Shown in pieces: positions 28,029-42,500 of a stretch of DNA of 64,000 bases. Source of the stretch: the human T2T-CHM13v2.0 reference genome, Homo sapiens; assembly GCF_009914755.1 (NCBI RefSeq), contig NC_060927.1; one strand, 5' to 3'. The notes beneath the pieces were generated by a model, which was not told the origin of the DNA, searched no databases, and worked only from the letters and a program-made list of their open reading frames with translations. The first letter of the stretch is position 1. Every line of letters begins with the position of its first letter. The translations under genes were made by a program, and so were the position numbers.

Positions 28029-30577
28029 CCGTTTCCAATGAAGGCCTCAAAAAAGTCCAAATATTTACTTGCCGATTCCACAAAAAGAGTGTTTCATAAC
28101 TGGTCTATCAAAAGAAAGGTTAAACTCAGTGAGTTGAACCCACACATCACAAAGTAGCTTCTGAGAATCATTCTGTCTAGTTCTCCTACGAAGGTATTGC
28201 CTTTTCTACCATAGGCCTCAAACGGCGCTAAATATCCACCTGGAAATTCTACCAAAACTGAGTTTCAAAAGTGCTCTATTGAAAGGAAGCTTCACCACTT
28301 TGAGTTGAAGGTACACATCACAAAGAAGTTTCTGAGAATTCTTCTGTCTACTTGTAAATGAAGAAATCACGTTTCAAACGAAGGCCACAAATAAGTCCAA
28401 ATATCCACCTGCAGATTCTGCAAAAAGAGGGTTTCAAAACTGCTCCATCAAGAGGAATGTTCAACTCTGTGAGTTGAATGCAAATATCACAAATAAGTTT
28501 CTGACAATACTTCTGTCTAGTTTTTATGTGAAGATATTTCCTTTCCTACTGTAGGCCTCAAAATGCTCTAAATATACACTTGCAAATTCCACAAAAAGAG
28601 TGTTTCCAAACTGCTCTATGAAAGGAAGTTTAAACTCTGTCCGCTTAATGCAAGCATCACAAAACAGCTTCGGAGAATGAATCTGCCTAGTTTTTCTGTG
28701 AAGATATTTCTTTTTCTGCCATAGACCTCAAACTGCTGTAAAAATCCACTTGGAAATTCTACAAAAACAGTATTTCAAAACTCTTCTATCAAAAGGAATT
28801 CTGAACTCCATGAGTTAAATGCACATATCACAAATAATTTTCTGAGGATTCTTCTTTCAAGTTTTATATGAAGAAATCCCGTTTCCAAAGATGGCCTCAG
28901 AAAAGTCCCAATATACACTTGCAGATTCTACAAAAAGAGTTTTTCAAAACTGCTCTACCAAAAGGAAAGTTAAACTCTGTGAGTTGAAGGCACACATCAC
29001 AAAGTAGTTTCTGAGAATCATTCTGTCTACTTTTTCTATGAAGATATTGCCTTTTCCACCATAGGCCTCAAACGGCGCTAAATATCCACTTGGAAATTCT
29101 ACAAAAAGAGAGTTACTAAACTGCTCTATCGAAAGGAAGCTTCAACGCTGCGAGTTGAAAGCACACATCACGAAGATGTTTATGAGAATTCTTCTGTCTA
29201 CTTTTGTATGAAGCAGTCACGTTTCAAACGAAGGCCACAAAGAGGTCCAAATATCCACTTGGAGATTCAACAAAAAGAGTTTTTCAAAACTGCTCCATCA
29301 AGACGAATATTCAAATCTGAGAGTTGAAGGCAGGTATCACAAAGTAGTTCCCGACAATGCTTCTGTCTAGATTTTATGTGAAGACATTCCCTTTTGTACC
29401 ACAGGCCTGAAAGCACTCTAAATATAGAATTGCAAATTCCACAAAAAGAGTGTTTCCAAACTGCTCTATCAAAGGAAGTTTAAACTCTGTCAGCTTAATG
29501 CAAGCATCACTAAACAGCTTCGGAGAATGAATCTGCCTGGTTTTTCTGTGAAGATATTCCATTTTCTGCCATAGACCTCAAACCGCTGTAAAAATCCACT
29601 TGGAAATTCTACAAAAAGAGTATTTCAAAACTCTTCTATCGAAAGGAAGTCTGAACTCCATGAGTTAAATGCACATATCACTAATAATTTTTTGTGGATT
29701 CTTCTTTCAAGTTTTATATGAAGAAATCCCGTTTCCAAAGATGGCCTCAGAAAAGTCCCAATATACACTTGCAGATTCTACAAAAAGAGTTTTTCAAAAC
29801 TGCTCTATCAAAAGGAAGGTTAAACTCTGTGAGTTGAAGGCACACATCACAGAGTAGTTTCTGAGAATCATTCTGTCTAGTTTTTCTATGAAGATATCGC
29901 CTTCTCCACCATAGGCCTCAAACGGCGCTAAATATCCACTTGGAAATTCTACAAAAAGAGAGTTACAAGACTGCTCTATCGAAAGGAAGCTTCCACTCTG
30001 CGAGTGGAAAGCACACATCACGAAGAAGTTTATGAGAATTCTTCTGTCTACTTTTGTATGAAGCAGTCACGTTTCAAACGAAGGCCACAAAGAGGTCCAA
30101 ATATCCACTTGGAGATTCAACAAAAAGAGTTTTTCAAAACTGCTCCGTCAAGAGGAATATTCAACTATGAGAGTTGAAGGCAGGTATCCCAAAGTACTTC
30201 CCGACAATGCTTCTGTCTAGATTTTATGTGAAGACATTCCCTTTTGTACCACAGGCCTGAAAGCACTCTAAATATAGAATTGCAAATTCCACAAAAAGAG
30301 TGTTGAAAACCGCTCTATCCAAAGAAAGGTTAAACTCTGTCAGCTGAATGCGCACATCACAGAGTAGCTTCAGAGAACAATTATGTCTAGTTTTTCCGTG
30401 AAGATAGTTTCTCTTCTACATAGCCCTGAGACCGCTCTAAATATTCACTTGGAAATTCTGCAAAAAGAATATTTCAACACTCTTCTATCAAAAGGAAGGT
30501 TGAACTCTGAGAGTTAAACGCACACATCACAGAGAAGTTTCTGAGAATTCTTTTGTCAAGGTTTATATGAAGAAACC
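28029..30577. repeat. 15-mer structural variant HOR #2 (2549 bp; extra 850 bp pentamer at ~29430-30279)
   Basis: Same hybrid 9/4 monomer with junction at 29430-29454; landmark spacing 2549. Confidence 0.93.
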
Positions 30578-33500
30578 CCGTTTCCAATGAAGGCCTCAAA
30601 AAAGTCCAAATATTTACTTGCAGATTCCACAAAAAGAGTGTTTCATAACTGGTCTATCAAATAAAGGTTAAACTCAGTGAGTTGAACCCACACATCACAA
30701 AGTAGCTTCTGAGAATCATTCTGTCTAGTTCTCCTACGAAGATATTGCCTTTTCTACCATAGGCCTCAAACGGCGCTAAATATCCACCTGGAAATTCTAC
30801 CAAAACTGAGCTTCAAAAGTGCTCTATTGAAAGGAAGCTTCACCTCTGTGAGTTGAAGGTACACATCACAAAGAAGTTTCTGAGAATTCTTCTGTCTAGT
30901 TGTAAATGAAGAAATCACGTTTCAAAAGAAGGCCACAAAGAGGTCCAAATATCCACCTGCAGATTCTACAAAAAGAGTGTTTCAAAACTGCTTCATCAAG
31001 AGGAATGTTCAACTCTGTGCGTTGAATGCAAATATCACAAGTAAGTTTCTGAGAATACTTCTGTGTAGTTTTTATGTGAAGATATTGCCTTTCCTACTGT
31101 AGGCCTCAAAACGCTCTAAATATACACTTGCAAATTCCACAGAAAGAGTGTTTCCAAACTGCTCTATCAAAGGAAGTTTAAACTCTGTCAGCTTAATGCA
31201 AGCATCACAAAACAGCTTCGGAGAATGAATCTGCCTAGTTTTTCTGTGAAGATATTTCTTTTTCTGCCATAGACCTCAAACCGCCGTAAAAATCCACTTG
31301 GAAATTCTACAAAAAGAGTATTTCAAAACTCTTCTATCGAAAGGAAGTCTCAACTCCATGAGTTAAATGCACATATCACAAATAATTTTCTGAGGATTCT
31401 TCTTTCAAGTTTTATATGAGGAAATCCCGTTTCGAAAGATGGCCTCAGAAAAGTCCCAATATACACTTGCAGATTCTACAAAAAGAGTTTTTCAAAACTG
31501 CTCTACCAAAAGGAAGGTTAAACTCTGTGAGTTGAAGGCACACATCACAAAGTAGTTTCTGAGAATCATTCTGACTAGTTTTTCTATGAAGATATTGCCT
31601 TTTCCGCCATAGGCCTCAAACGGCGCTAAATATCCACTTGGAAATTCTACAAAAAGAGAGTTACTAAACTGCTCTATCGAAAGGAAGCTTCAACTCTGCG
31701 AGTGGAAAGCACACATCACGAAGAAGTTTATGAGAATTCTTCTGTCTACTTTTGTATGAAGCAGTCACGTATCAAACGAAGGCCACAAAGAGGTCCAAAT
31801 ATCCACTTGGAGATTCATCAAAAAGAGTTTTACAAAACTGCTCCATCAAGAGGAATATTCAACTCTGAGAGTTGAAGGCAGGTATCACAAAGTAGTTCCC
31901 AACAATGCTTCTGTCTAGATTTTATGTGAAGACATTCCCTTTTGTACCACAGGACTGAAAGCACTCTAAGTATAGAATTGCAAATTCCAAAAAAAAGAGT
32001 GTTTAAAACCGCTCTATCCAAAGAAAGGTTAAACTCTGTCAGCTGAATGTGCACATCACAGAGCAGCTTCAGAGAACAATTATGTCTAGTTTTTCTGTGA
32101 AGATAGTTTCTCTTATACATAGGCCTGAAACCGCTCTAAATATTCACTTGGAAATTCTACAAAAAGAATATTTCAACACTCTTCTATCAAAAGGAAGGTT
32201 GAACTCTGAGAGTTAAACGCACACATCACAGAGAAGTTTCTGAGAATTCTTCTGTCAAGGTTTACATGAAGAAACCCCGTTTCCAATGAAGGCCTCCAAA
32301 AAGTCCAAATATTTACTTGCCGATTCCACAAAAAGAGTGTTTCATAACTGGTCTATCAAAAGAAAGGTTAAACTCAGTGAGTTGAACCCACACATCACAA
32401 AGTAGCTTCTGAGAATCATTCTGTCTAGTTCTCCTACGAAGATATTGCCTTTTCTACCATAGGCCTCAAACGGCGCAAAATATCCACCTGGAAATTCTAC
32501 CAAAACTGAGTTTCAAAAGTGCTCTATTGAAAGGAAGCTTCACCTCTGTGAGTTGAAGGTACACATCACAAAGGAGTTTCTGAGAATTCTTCTGTCTAGT
32601 TGTAAATGAAGAAATCACGTTTCAAACGAAGGCCACAAAGAGGTCCAAATATCCACGTGCAGATTCTGCAAAAAGAGGGTTTGAAAACTGCTCCATCAAG
32701 AGGAATGTTCAACTCTGTGCGTTGAATGCAAATATCACAAGTAAGTTTCTGACAATACTTCTGTCTAGTTTTTATGTGAAGTTATTTCCTTTCCTACTGT
32801 AGGCCTCAAAACGCTCTAAATATACACTTGCAAATTCCACAAAAAGAGTGTTTCCAAACTGCTCTATCAAAGGAAGTTTAAACTCTGTCAGCTTAATGCA
32901 AGCATCACGAAACAGCTTCGGAGAATGAATCTGCCTAGTTTTTCTGTGAAGATATTTCTTTTTCTGCCATAGACCTCAAACCGCTGTAAAAATCCACTTG
33001 GAAATTCTACAAAAAGAGTATTTCAAAACTCTTCTATCGAAAGGAAGTCTCAACTCCATGAGTTAAATACACATATCACAAATAATTTTCTGAGGATTCT
33101 TCTTTCAAGTTTTATATGAAGAAATCCCGTTTCCAAAGATGGCCTCAGAAAAGTCCCAATATACACTTGCAGATTCTACAAAAAGAGTTTTTCAAAACTG
33201 CTCTACCAAAAGGAAGGTTAAACTCTGTGAGTTGAAAGCACACATCACAAAGTAGTTTCTGAGAATCATTCTGACTAGTTTTTCTATGAAGATATTGCCT
33301 TTTCCACCATAGGCCTCAAACGGCGCTAAATATCCACTTGGAAATTCTACAAAAAGAGAGTTACTAAACTGCTCTATCGAAAGGAAGCTTCAACGCTGCG
33401 ACTTGAAAGCACACATCACGAAGAAGTTTATGAGAATTCTTCTGTCTACTTTTCTATGAAGCAGTCACGTTTCAAACGAAGGCCACGAAGAGGTCCAAAT

Positions 33501-36500
33501 ATCCACTTGGAGATTCAACAAAAAGAGTTTTAGAAAACTGCTCCTTCAAGAGGAATATTCAACTCTGAGAGTTGAAGGCAGGTATCACAAAGTAGTTCCC
33601 GACAATGCATCTGTCTAGATTTTATGTGAAGACATTCCCTTTTGTACCACAGGCCTGAAAGCACTCTAAGTATAGAATTGCAAATTCCACAAAGAGAGTG
33701 TTTAAAACCGCTCTATCCAAAGAAAGGTTAAACTCTGTCAGCTGAATGCGCACATCACAGAGCAGCTTCAGAGAACAATTATGTCTAGTTTTTCTGTGAA
33801 GATAGTTTCTCTTCTACATAGGCCTGAAACCGCTCTAAATATTCACTTGGAAATTCTACAAAAAGAATATTTCAACACTCTTCTATCAAAAGGAAGGTTG
33901 AACTCTGAAGTTAAACGCACACATCACAGAGAAGTTTCTGAGAATTCTTCTGACAATGTTTGTATGAAGAAACCCCGTTTCCAATGAAGGCCTCCAAAAA
34001 GTCCAAATATTTACTTGCCGATTCCACAAAAAGAATGTTTCATAACTGGTCTATCAAAAGAAAGGTTAAACTCAGTGAGTTGAATCCACACATCACAAGG
34101 TAGCTTCTGAGAATCATTGTGTCTAGTTCTCCTACGAAGATATTGCCTTTTCTACCATAGGCCTCAAACGGCGCAAAATATCCACCTGGAAATTCTACCA
34201 AAACTGAGTTTCAAAAGTGCTCTATTGAAAGGAAGCTTCACCTCTGTGAGTTGAAGGTACACATCACAAAGAAGTTTCTGAGAATTCTTCTGTCTAGTTG
34301 TAAATGAAGAAATCACGCTTCAAACGAAGGCCACAAAGAGGTCCAAATATCCACCTGCAGATTCTGCAAAAAGAGGGTTTCAAAACTGCTCCATCAAGAG
34401 GAATGTTCAACTCTGTGCGTTGAATGCAAATATCATAAGTAAGTTTCTGACAATACTTCTGTCTAGTTTTTATGTGAAGTTATTTCCTTTCCTACTGTAG
34501 GCCTCAAAACGCTCTAAATATACACTTGCAAATTCCACAAAAAGAGTGTTTCCAAACTGCTCTATCAAAGGAAGTTTAAACTCTGTCAGCTTAATGCAAG
34601 CATCACAAAACAGCTTCGGAGAATGAATCTGCCTAGTTTTTCTGTGAAGATATTTCTTTTTCTGCCATAGACCTCAAACCGCTGTAAAAATCCACTTGGA
34701 AATTCTACAAAAAGAGTATTTCAAAACTCTTCTATCGAAAGGAAGTCTCAACTCCATGAGTTAAATGCACATATCACAAATAATTTTCTGAGGATTCTTC
34801 TTTCAAGTTTTATATGAAGAAATCCCGTTTCCAAAGATGGCCTCAGAAAAGTCCCAATATACACTTGCAGATTCTACAAAAAGAGTTTTTCAAAACTGCT
34901 CTACCAAAAGGAAGGTTAAACTCTGTGAGTTGAAGGCACACATCACAAAGTAGTTTCTGAGAATCATTCTGACTAGTTTTTCTATGAAGATATTGCCTTT
35001 TCCACCATAGGCCTCAAACGGCGCTAAATATCCACTTGGAAATTCTACAAAAAGAGAGTTACTAAACTGCTCTATCGAAAGGAAGCTTCAACGCTGCGAC
35101 TTGAAAGCACACATCACGAAGAAGTTTATCAGAATTCTTCTGTCTACTTTTGTATGAAGCAGTCACGTTTCAAACGAAGGCCACGAAGAGGTCCAAATAT
35201 CCACTTGGAGATTCATCAAAAAGAGTTTTACAAAACTGCTCCATCAAGAGGAATATTCAACTCTGAGAGTTGAAGGCAGGTATCACAAAGTAGTTCCCGA
35301 CAATGCTTCTGTCTAGATTTTATGTGAAGACATTCCCTTTTGTACCACAGGCCTGAAAGCACTCTAAGTATAGAATTGCAAATTCCAAAAAAAAGAGTGT
35401 TTAAAACCGCTCTATCCAAAGAAAGGTTAAACTCTGTCAGCTGAATGCGCACATCACAGAGCAGCTTCAGAGAACAATTATGTCTAGTTTTTCTGTGAAG
35501 ATAGATTCTCTTCTACATAGGCCTGAAACCGCTCTAAATATTCACTTGGAAATTCTACAAAAAGAATATTTCAACACTCTTCTATCAAAAGGAAGGTTGA
35601 ACTCTGAGAGTTAAGCGCACACATCACAGAGAAGTTTCTGAGAATTCTTCTGTCAAGGTTTATATGAAGAAACCCCGTTTCCAAAGAAGGCCTCCAAAAA
35701 GTCCAAATATTTACTTGCCGATTCCACAAAAAGAGTGTTTCATAACTGGTCTATCAAAAGAAAGGTTAAACTCAGTGAGTTGAACCCACACATCACAAAG
35801 TAGCTTCTGAGAATCATTGTGTCTAGTTCTCCTACGAAGATATTGCCTTTTCTACCATAGGCCTCAAACGGCGCAAAATATCCACCTGGAAATTCTACCA
35901 AAACTGAGTTTCAAAAGTGCTCTATTGAAAGGAAGCTTCACCTCTGTGGGTTGAAGGTACACATCACAAAGAAGTTTCTGAGAATTCTTCTGTCTAGTTG
36001 TAAATGCAGAAATCACGTTTCAAACGAAGGCCACAAAGAGGTCCAAATATCCAGCTGCAGATTCTGCAAAAAGAGGGTTTCAAATCTGCTCCATCAAGAG
36101 GAATGTTCAACTCTGTGCGTTGAATGCAAATATCACAAATAAGTTTCTGACAATACTTCTGTCTAGTTTTTATGTGAAGATATTTCCTTTCCTACTGTAG
36201 GCCTCAAAACGCTCTAAATATACACTTGCAAATTCCACAAAAAGAGTGTTTCCAAACTGCTCTATCAAAGGAAGTTTAAACTCTGTCAGCTTAATGCAAG
36301 CATCACAAAACAGCTTCGGAGAATGAATCTGCCTAGTTTTTCTGTGAAGATATTTCTTTTTCTGCCATAGACCTCAAACCGCTGTAAAAATCCACTTGGA
36401 AATTCTACAAAAAGAGTATTTCAAAACTCTTCTATCGAAAGGAAGTCTCAACTCCATGAGTTAAATGCACATATCACAAATAATTTTCTGAGGATTCTTC

Positions 36501-39500
36501 TTTCAAGTTTTATATGAAGAAATCCCGTTTCCAAAGATGGCCTCAGAAAAGTCCCAATATACACTTGCAGATTCTACAAAAAGAGTTTTTCAAAACTGCT
36601 CTACCAAGAGGAAGGTTAAACTCTGTGAGTTGAAGGCACACATCACAAAGTAGTTTCTGAGAATCATTCTGTCTAGTTTTTCTATGAAGATATTGCCTTT
36701 TCCACCATAGGCCTCAAACGGCGCTAAATATCCACTTGGAAATTCTACAAAAAGAGAGTTACTAAACTGCTCTATCGAAAGGAAGCTTCAACGCTGCGAG
36801 TTGAAAGCACACATCACCAAGAAGTTTATGAGAATTCTTCTGTCTACTTTTGTATGAAGCAGTCACGTTTCAAACGAAGGCCACAAAGAGGACCAAATAT
36901 CCACTTGGAGATTCAACAAAAAGTGTTTTTCAAAACTGCTCCTTCAAGAGGAATATTCAACTCTGAGAGTTGAAGCCATGTATCACAAAGTAGTTACCGA
37001 CAATGCTTCTGTCTAGATTTTATGTGAAGACATTCCCTTTTGTACCACAGGCCTGAAAGCACTCTAAATATAGAATTGCAAATTCCACAAAAAGAGTGTT
37101 GAAAACCGCTCTATCCAAAGAAAGGTTAAACTCTGTCAGCTGAATGCGCACATCACAGAGCAGCTTCAGAGAACAGTTATGTCTAGTTTTTCTGTGAAGA
37201 TAGTTTCTCTTCTACATAGGCCTGAAACCGCTCTAAATATTCACTTGGAAATTCTACAAAAAGAATATTTCAACACTCTTCTATCAAAAGGAAGGTTGAA
37301 CTCTGAGAGTTAAACGCACACATCACAGAGAAGTTTCTGAGAATTCTTTTGTCAAGGTTTATATGAAGAAACCCCGTTTCCAATGAAGGCCTCAAAGAAG
37401 TCCAAATATTTACTTGCCGATTCCACAGAAAGAGTGTTTCATAACTGGTCTATCAAAAGAAAGGTTAAACTCAGTGAGTTGAACCCACACATCACAAAGT
37501 AGCTTCTGAGAATCATTCTGTCTAGTTCTCCTACGAAGATATTGCCTTTTCTACCATAGGCCTCAAACGGCGCTAAATATCCACCTGGAAATTCTACCAA
37601 AACTGAGTTTCAAAAGTGCTCTATTGAAAGGAAGCTTCACCTCTGTGGGTTGAAGGTACACATCACAAAGAAGTTTCTGAGAATTCTTCTGTCTAGTTGT
37701 AAATGCAGAAATCACGTTTCAAACGAAGGCCACAAAGAGGTCCAAATATCCAGCTGCAGATTCTGCAAAAAGAGGGTTTCAAATCTGCTCCATCAAGAGG
37801 AATGTTCAACTCTGTGCGTTGAATGCAAATATCACAAATAATTTTCTGACAATACTTCTGTCTAGCTTTTATGTGAAGATATTTCCTTTCCTACTGTAGG
37901 CCTCAAAACGCTCTAAATATACACTTGCAAATTCCACAAAAAGAGTGTTTCCAAACTGCTCTATCAAAGGAAGTTTAAACTCTGTCAGCTTAATGCAAGC
38001 ATCACAAAACAGCTTCGGAGAATGAATCTGCCTAGTTTTTCTGTGAAGATATTTCTTTTTCTGCCATAGACCTCAAACCGCTGTAAAAATCCACTTGGAA
38101 ATTCTACAAAAAGAGTATTTCAAAACTCTTCTATCGAAAGGAAGTCTCAACTCCATGAGTTAAATGCACATATCACAAATAATTTTCTGAGGATTCTTCT
38201 TTCAAGTTTTATATGAAGAAATCCCGTTTCCAAAGATGGCCTCAGAAAAGTCCCAATATACACTTGCAGATTCTACAAAAAGAGTTTTTCAAAACTGCTC
38301 TACCAAGAGGAAGGTTAAACACTGTGAGTTGAAGGCACACATCACAAAGTAGTTTCTGAGAATCATTCTGTCTAGTTTTTCTATGAAGATATTGCCTTTT
38401 CCACCATAGGCCTCAAACGGCGCTAAATATCCACTTGGAAATTCTACAAAAAGAGAGTTACTAAACTGCTCTATCGAAAGGAAGCTTCAACGCTGCGAGT
38501 TGAAAGCACACATCACCAAGAAGTTTATGAGAATTCTTCTGTCTACTTTTGTATGAAGCAGTCACGTTTCATACGAAGGCCACAAAGAGGACCAAATATC
38601 CACTTGGAGATTCAACAAAAAGTGTTTTTCAAAACTGCTCCTTCAAGAGGAATATTCAACTCTGAGAGTTGAAGCCATGTATCACAAAGTAGTTACCGAC
38701 AATGCTTCTGTCTAGATTTTATGTGAAGACATTCCCTTTTGTACCACAGGCCTGAAAGCACTCTAAATATAGAATTGCAAATTCCACAAAAAGAGTGTTG
38801 AAAACCGCTCTATCCAAAGAAAGGTTAAACTCTGTCAGCTGAATGCGCACATCACAGAGCAGCTTCAGAGAACAGTTATGTCTAGTTTTTCTGTGAAGAT
38901 AGTTTCTCTTCTACATAGGCCTGAAACCGCTCTAAATATTCACTTGGAAATTCTACAAAAAGAATATTTCAACACTCTTCTATCAAAAGGAAGGTTGAAC
39001 TCTGAGAGTTAAATGCACACATCACAGAGAAGTTTCTGAGAATTCTTCTGTCAAGGTTTATATGAAGAAACCCCGTTTCCAATGAAGGCCTCAAAAAAGT
39101 CCAAATATTTACTTGCAGATTCCACAGAAAGAGTGTTTCATAACTGGTCTATCAAAAGAAAGGTTAAACTCAGTGAGTTGAACCCACACATCACAAAGTA
39201 GCTTCTGAGAATCATTCTGTCTAGTTCTCCTACGAAGATATTGCCTTTTCTACCATAGGCCTCAAACGGCGCTAAATATCCACCTGGAAATTCTACCAAA
39301 ACTGAGTTTCAAAAGTGCTCTATTGAAAGGAAGCTTCACCTCTGTGGGTTGAAGGTACACATCACAAAGAAGTTTCTGAGAATTCTTCTGTCTAGTTGTA
39401 AATGCAGAAATCACGTTTCAAACGAAGGCCACAAAGAGGTCCAAATATCCAGCTGCAGATTCTGCAAAAAGAGGGTTTCAAATCTGCTCCATCAAGAGGA

Positions 39501-42500
39501 ATGTTCAACTCTGTGCGTTGAATGCAAATATCACAAATAATTTTCTGACAATACTTCTGTCTAGCTTTTATGTGAAGATATTTCCTTTCCTACTGTAGGC
39601 CTCAAAACGCTCTAAATATACACTTGCAAATTCCACAAAAAGAGTGTTTCCAAACTGCTCTATCAAAAAAAGTTTAAACTCTGTCAGCTTAATGCAAGCA
39701 TCACAAAACAGCTTCGGAGAATGAATCTGCCTAGTTTTTCTGTGAAGATATTACTTTTTCTGCCATAGACCTCAAACCGCTGTAAAAATCCACTTGGAAA
39801 TTCTACAAAAAGAGTATTTCAAAACTCTTCTATCGAAAGGAAATCTCAACTCCATGAGTTAAATGCAGATATCACAAATAATTTTCTGAGGATTCTTCTT
39901 TCAAGTTTTATATGAAGAAATCCCGTTTCCAAAGATGGCCTCAGAAAAGTCCCAATATACACTTGCAGATTCTACAAAAAGCGTTTTTCAAAACTGCTCT
40001 ACCAAAAGGAAGGTTAAACTCTGTGAGTTGAAGGCACACATCACAAAGTAGTTTCTGAGAATCATTCTGTCTAGTTTTTCTATGAAGATATTGCCTTTTC
40101 CACCATAGGCCTCAAACGGCGCTAAATATCCACTTGGAAATTCTACAAAAAGAGAGTTACTAAACTGCTCTATCGAAAGGAAGCTTCAACGCTGCGAGTT
40201 GAAAGCACACATCACGAAGAAGTTTATGAGAATTCTTCTGTCTACTTTTGTATGAAGCAGTCACGTTTCAAACGAAGGCCACAAAGAGGACCAAATATCC
40301 ACTTGGAGATTCAACAAAAAGAGTTTTTCAAAAGTGCTCCTTCAAGAGGAATATTCAACTCTGAGAGTTGAAGGCAGGTATCACAAAGTAGTTCCCGACA
40401 ATGCTTCTGTCTAGATTTTATGTGAAGACATTCCCTTTTGTACCACATGCCTGAAAGCCCTCTATATATAGAATTGCAAATTCCACAAAATATTGTTGAA
40501 AACCGCTCTATCCAAAGAAAGGTTAAAATCTGTCAGCTGAATGCGCACATCACAGAGCAGCTTCAGAGAACAGTTATGTCTAGTTTTTCTGTGAAGATAG
40601 TTTCTCTTCTACATAGGCCTGTAACCGCTCTAAATATTCACTTGGAAATTCTACAAAAAGAATATTTCAACACTCTTCTATCAAAAGGAAGGTGGAACTC
40701 TGAGAGTTAAACGCACACATCACAGAGAAGTTTCTGAGAATTCTTCTGTCAAGGTTTATATGAAGAAAGCCCGTTTCCAATGAAGGCCTCAAAAAAGTCC
40801 AAATATTTACTTGCCGATTCCACAGAAAGAGTGTTTCATAACTGGTCTATCAAAAGAAAGGTTAAACTCAGTGAGTTGAACCCACACATCACAAAGTAGC
40901 TTCTGAGAATCATTCTGTCTAGTTCTCCTACGAAGATATTGCCTTTTCTACCATAGGCCTCAAACGGCGCTAAATATCCACCTGGAAATTCTACCAAAAC
41001 TGAGTTTCAAAAGTGCTCTATTGAAAGGAAGCTTCACCTCTGTGGGTTGAAGGTACACATCACAAAGAAGTTTCTGAGAATTCTTCTGTCTAGTTGTAAA
41101 TGCAGAAATCACGTTTCAAACGAAGGCCACAAAGAGGTCCAAATATCCAGCTGCAGATTCTGCAAAAAGAGGGTTTCAAATCTGCTCCATCAAGAGGAAT
41201 GTTCAACTCTGTGCGTTGAATGCAAATATCACAAATAAGTTTCTGACAATACTTCTGTCTAGTTTTTATGTGAAGATATTTCCTTTCCTACTGTAGGCCT
41301 CAAAACGCTCTAAATATACACTTGCAAATTCCACAAAAAGAGTGTTTCCAAACTGCTCTATCAAAGGAAGTTTAAACTCTGTCAGCTTAATGCAAGCATC
41401 ACAAAACAGCTTCGGAGAATGAATCTGCCTAGTTTTTCTGTGAAGATATTTCTTTTTCTGCCATAGACCTCAAACCGCTGTAAAAATCCACTTGGAAATT
41501 CTACAAAAAGAGTATTTCAAAACTCTTCTATCGAAAGGAAGTCTCAACTCCATGAGTTAAATGCACATATCACAAATAATTTTCTGAGGATTCTTCTTTC
41601 AAGTTTTATATGAAGAAATCCCGTTTCCAAAGATGGCCTCAGAAAAGTCCCAATATACACTTGCAGATTCTACAAAAAGAGTTTTTCAAAACTGCTCTAC
41701 CAAGAGGAAGGTTAAACTCTGTGAGTTGAAGGCACACATCACAAAGTAGTTTCTGAGAATCATTCTGTCTAGTTTTTCTATGAAGATATTGCCTTTTCCA
41801 CCATAGGCCTCAAACGGCGCTAAATATCCACTTGGAAATTCTACAAAAAGAGAGTTACTAAACTGCTCTATCGAAAGGAAGCTTCAACGCTGCGAGTTGA
41901 AAGCACACATCACCAAGAAGTTTATGAGAATTCTTCTGTCTACTTTTGTATGAAGCAGTCACGTTTCAAACGAAGGCCACAAAGAGGACCAAATATCCAC
42001 TTGGAGATTCAACAAAAAGTGTTTTTCAAAACTGCTCCTTCAAGAGGAATATTCAACTCTGAGAGTTGAAGCCATGTATCACAAAGTAGTTACCGACAAT
42101 GCTTCTGTCTAGATTTTATGTGAAGACATTCCCTTTTGTACCACAGGCCTGAAAGCACTCTAAATATAGAATTGCAAATTCCACAAAAAGAGTGTTGAAA
42201 ACCGCTCTATCCAAAGAAAGGTTAAACTCTGTCAGCTGAATGCGCACATCACAGAGCAGCTTCAGAGAACAGTTATGTCTAGTTTTTCTGTGAAGATAGT
42301 TTCTCTTCTACATAGGCCTGAAACCGCTCTAAATATTCACTTGGAAATTCTACCAAAAGAATATTTCAACACTCTTCTATCAAAAGGAAGGTTGAACTCT
42401 GAGAGTTAAACGCACACATCACAGAGAAGTTTCTGAGAATTCTTTTGTCAAGGTTTATATGAAGAAAACCCGTTTCCAATGAAGGCCTCAAAAAAGTCCA

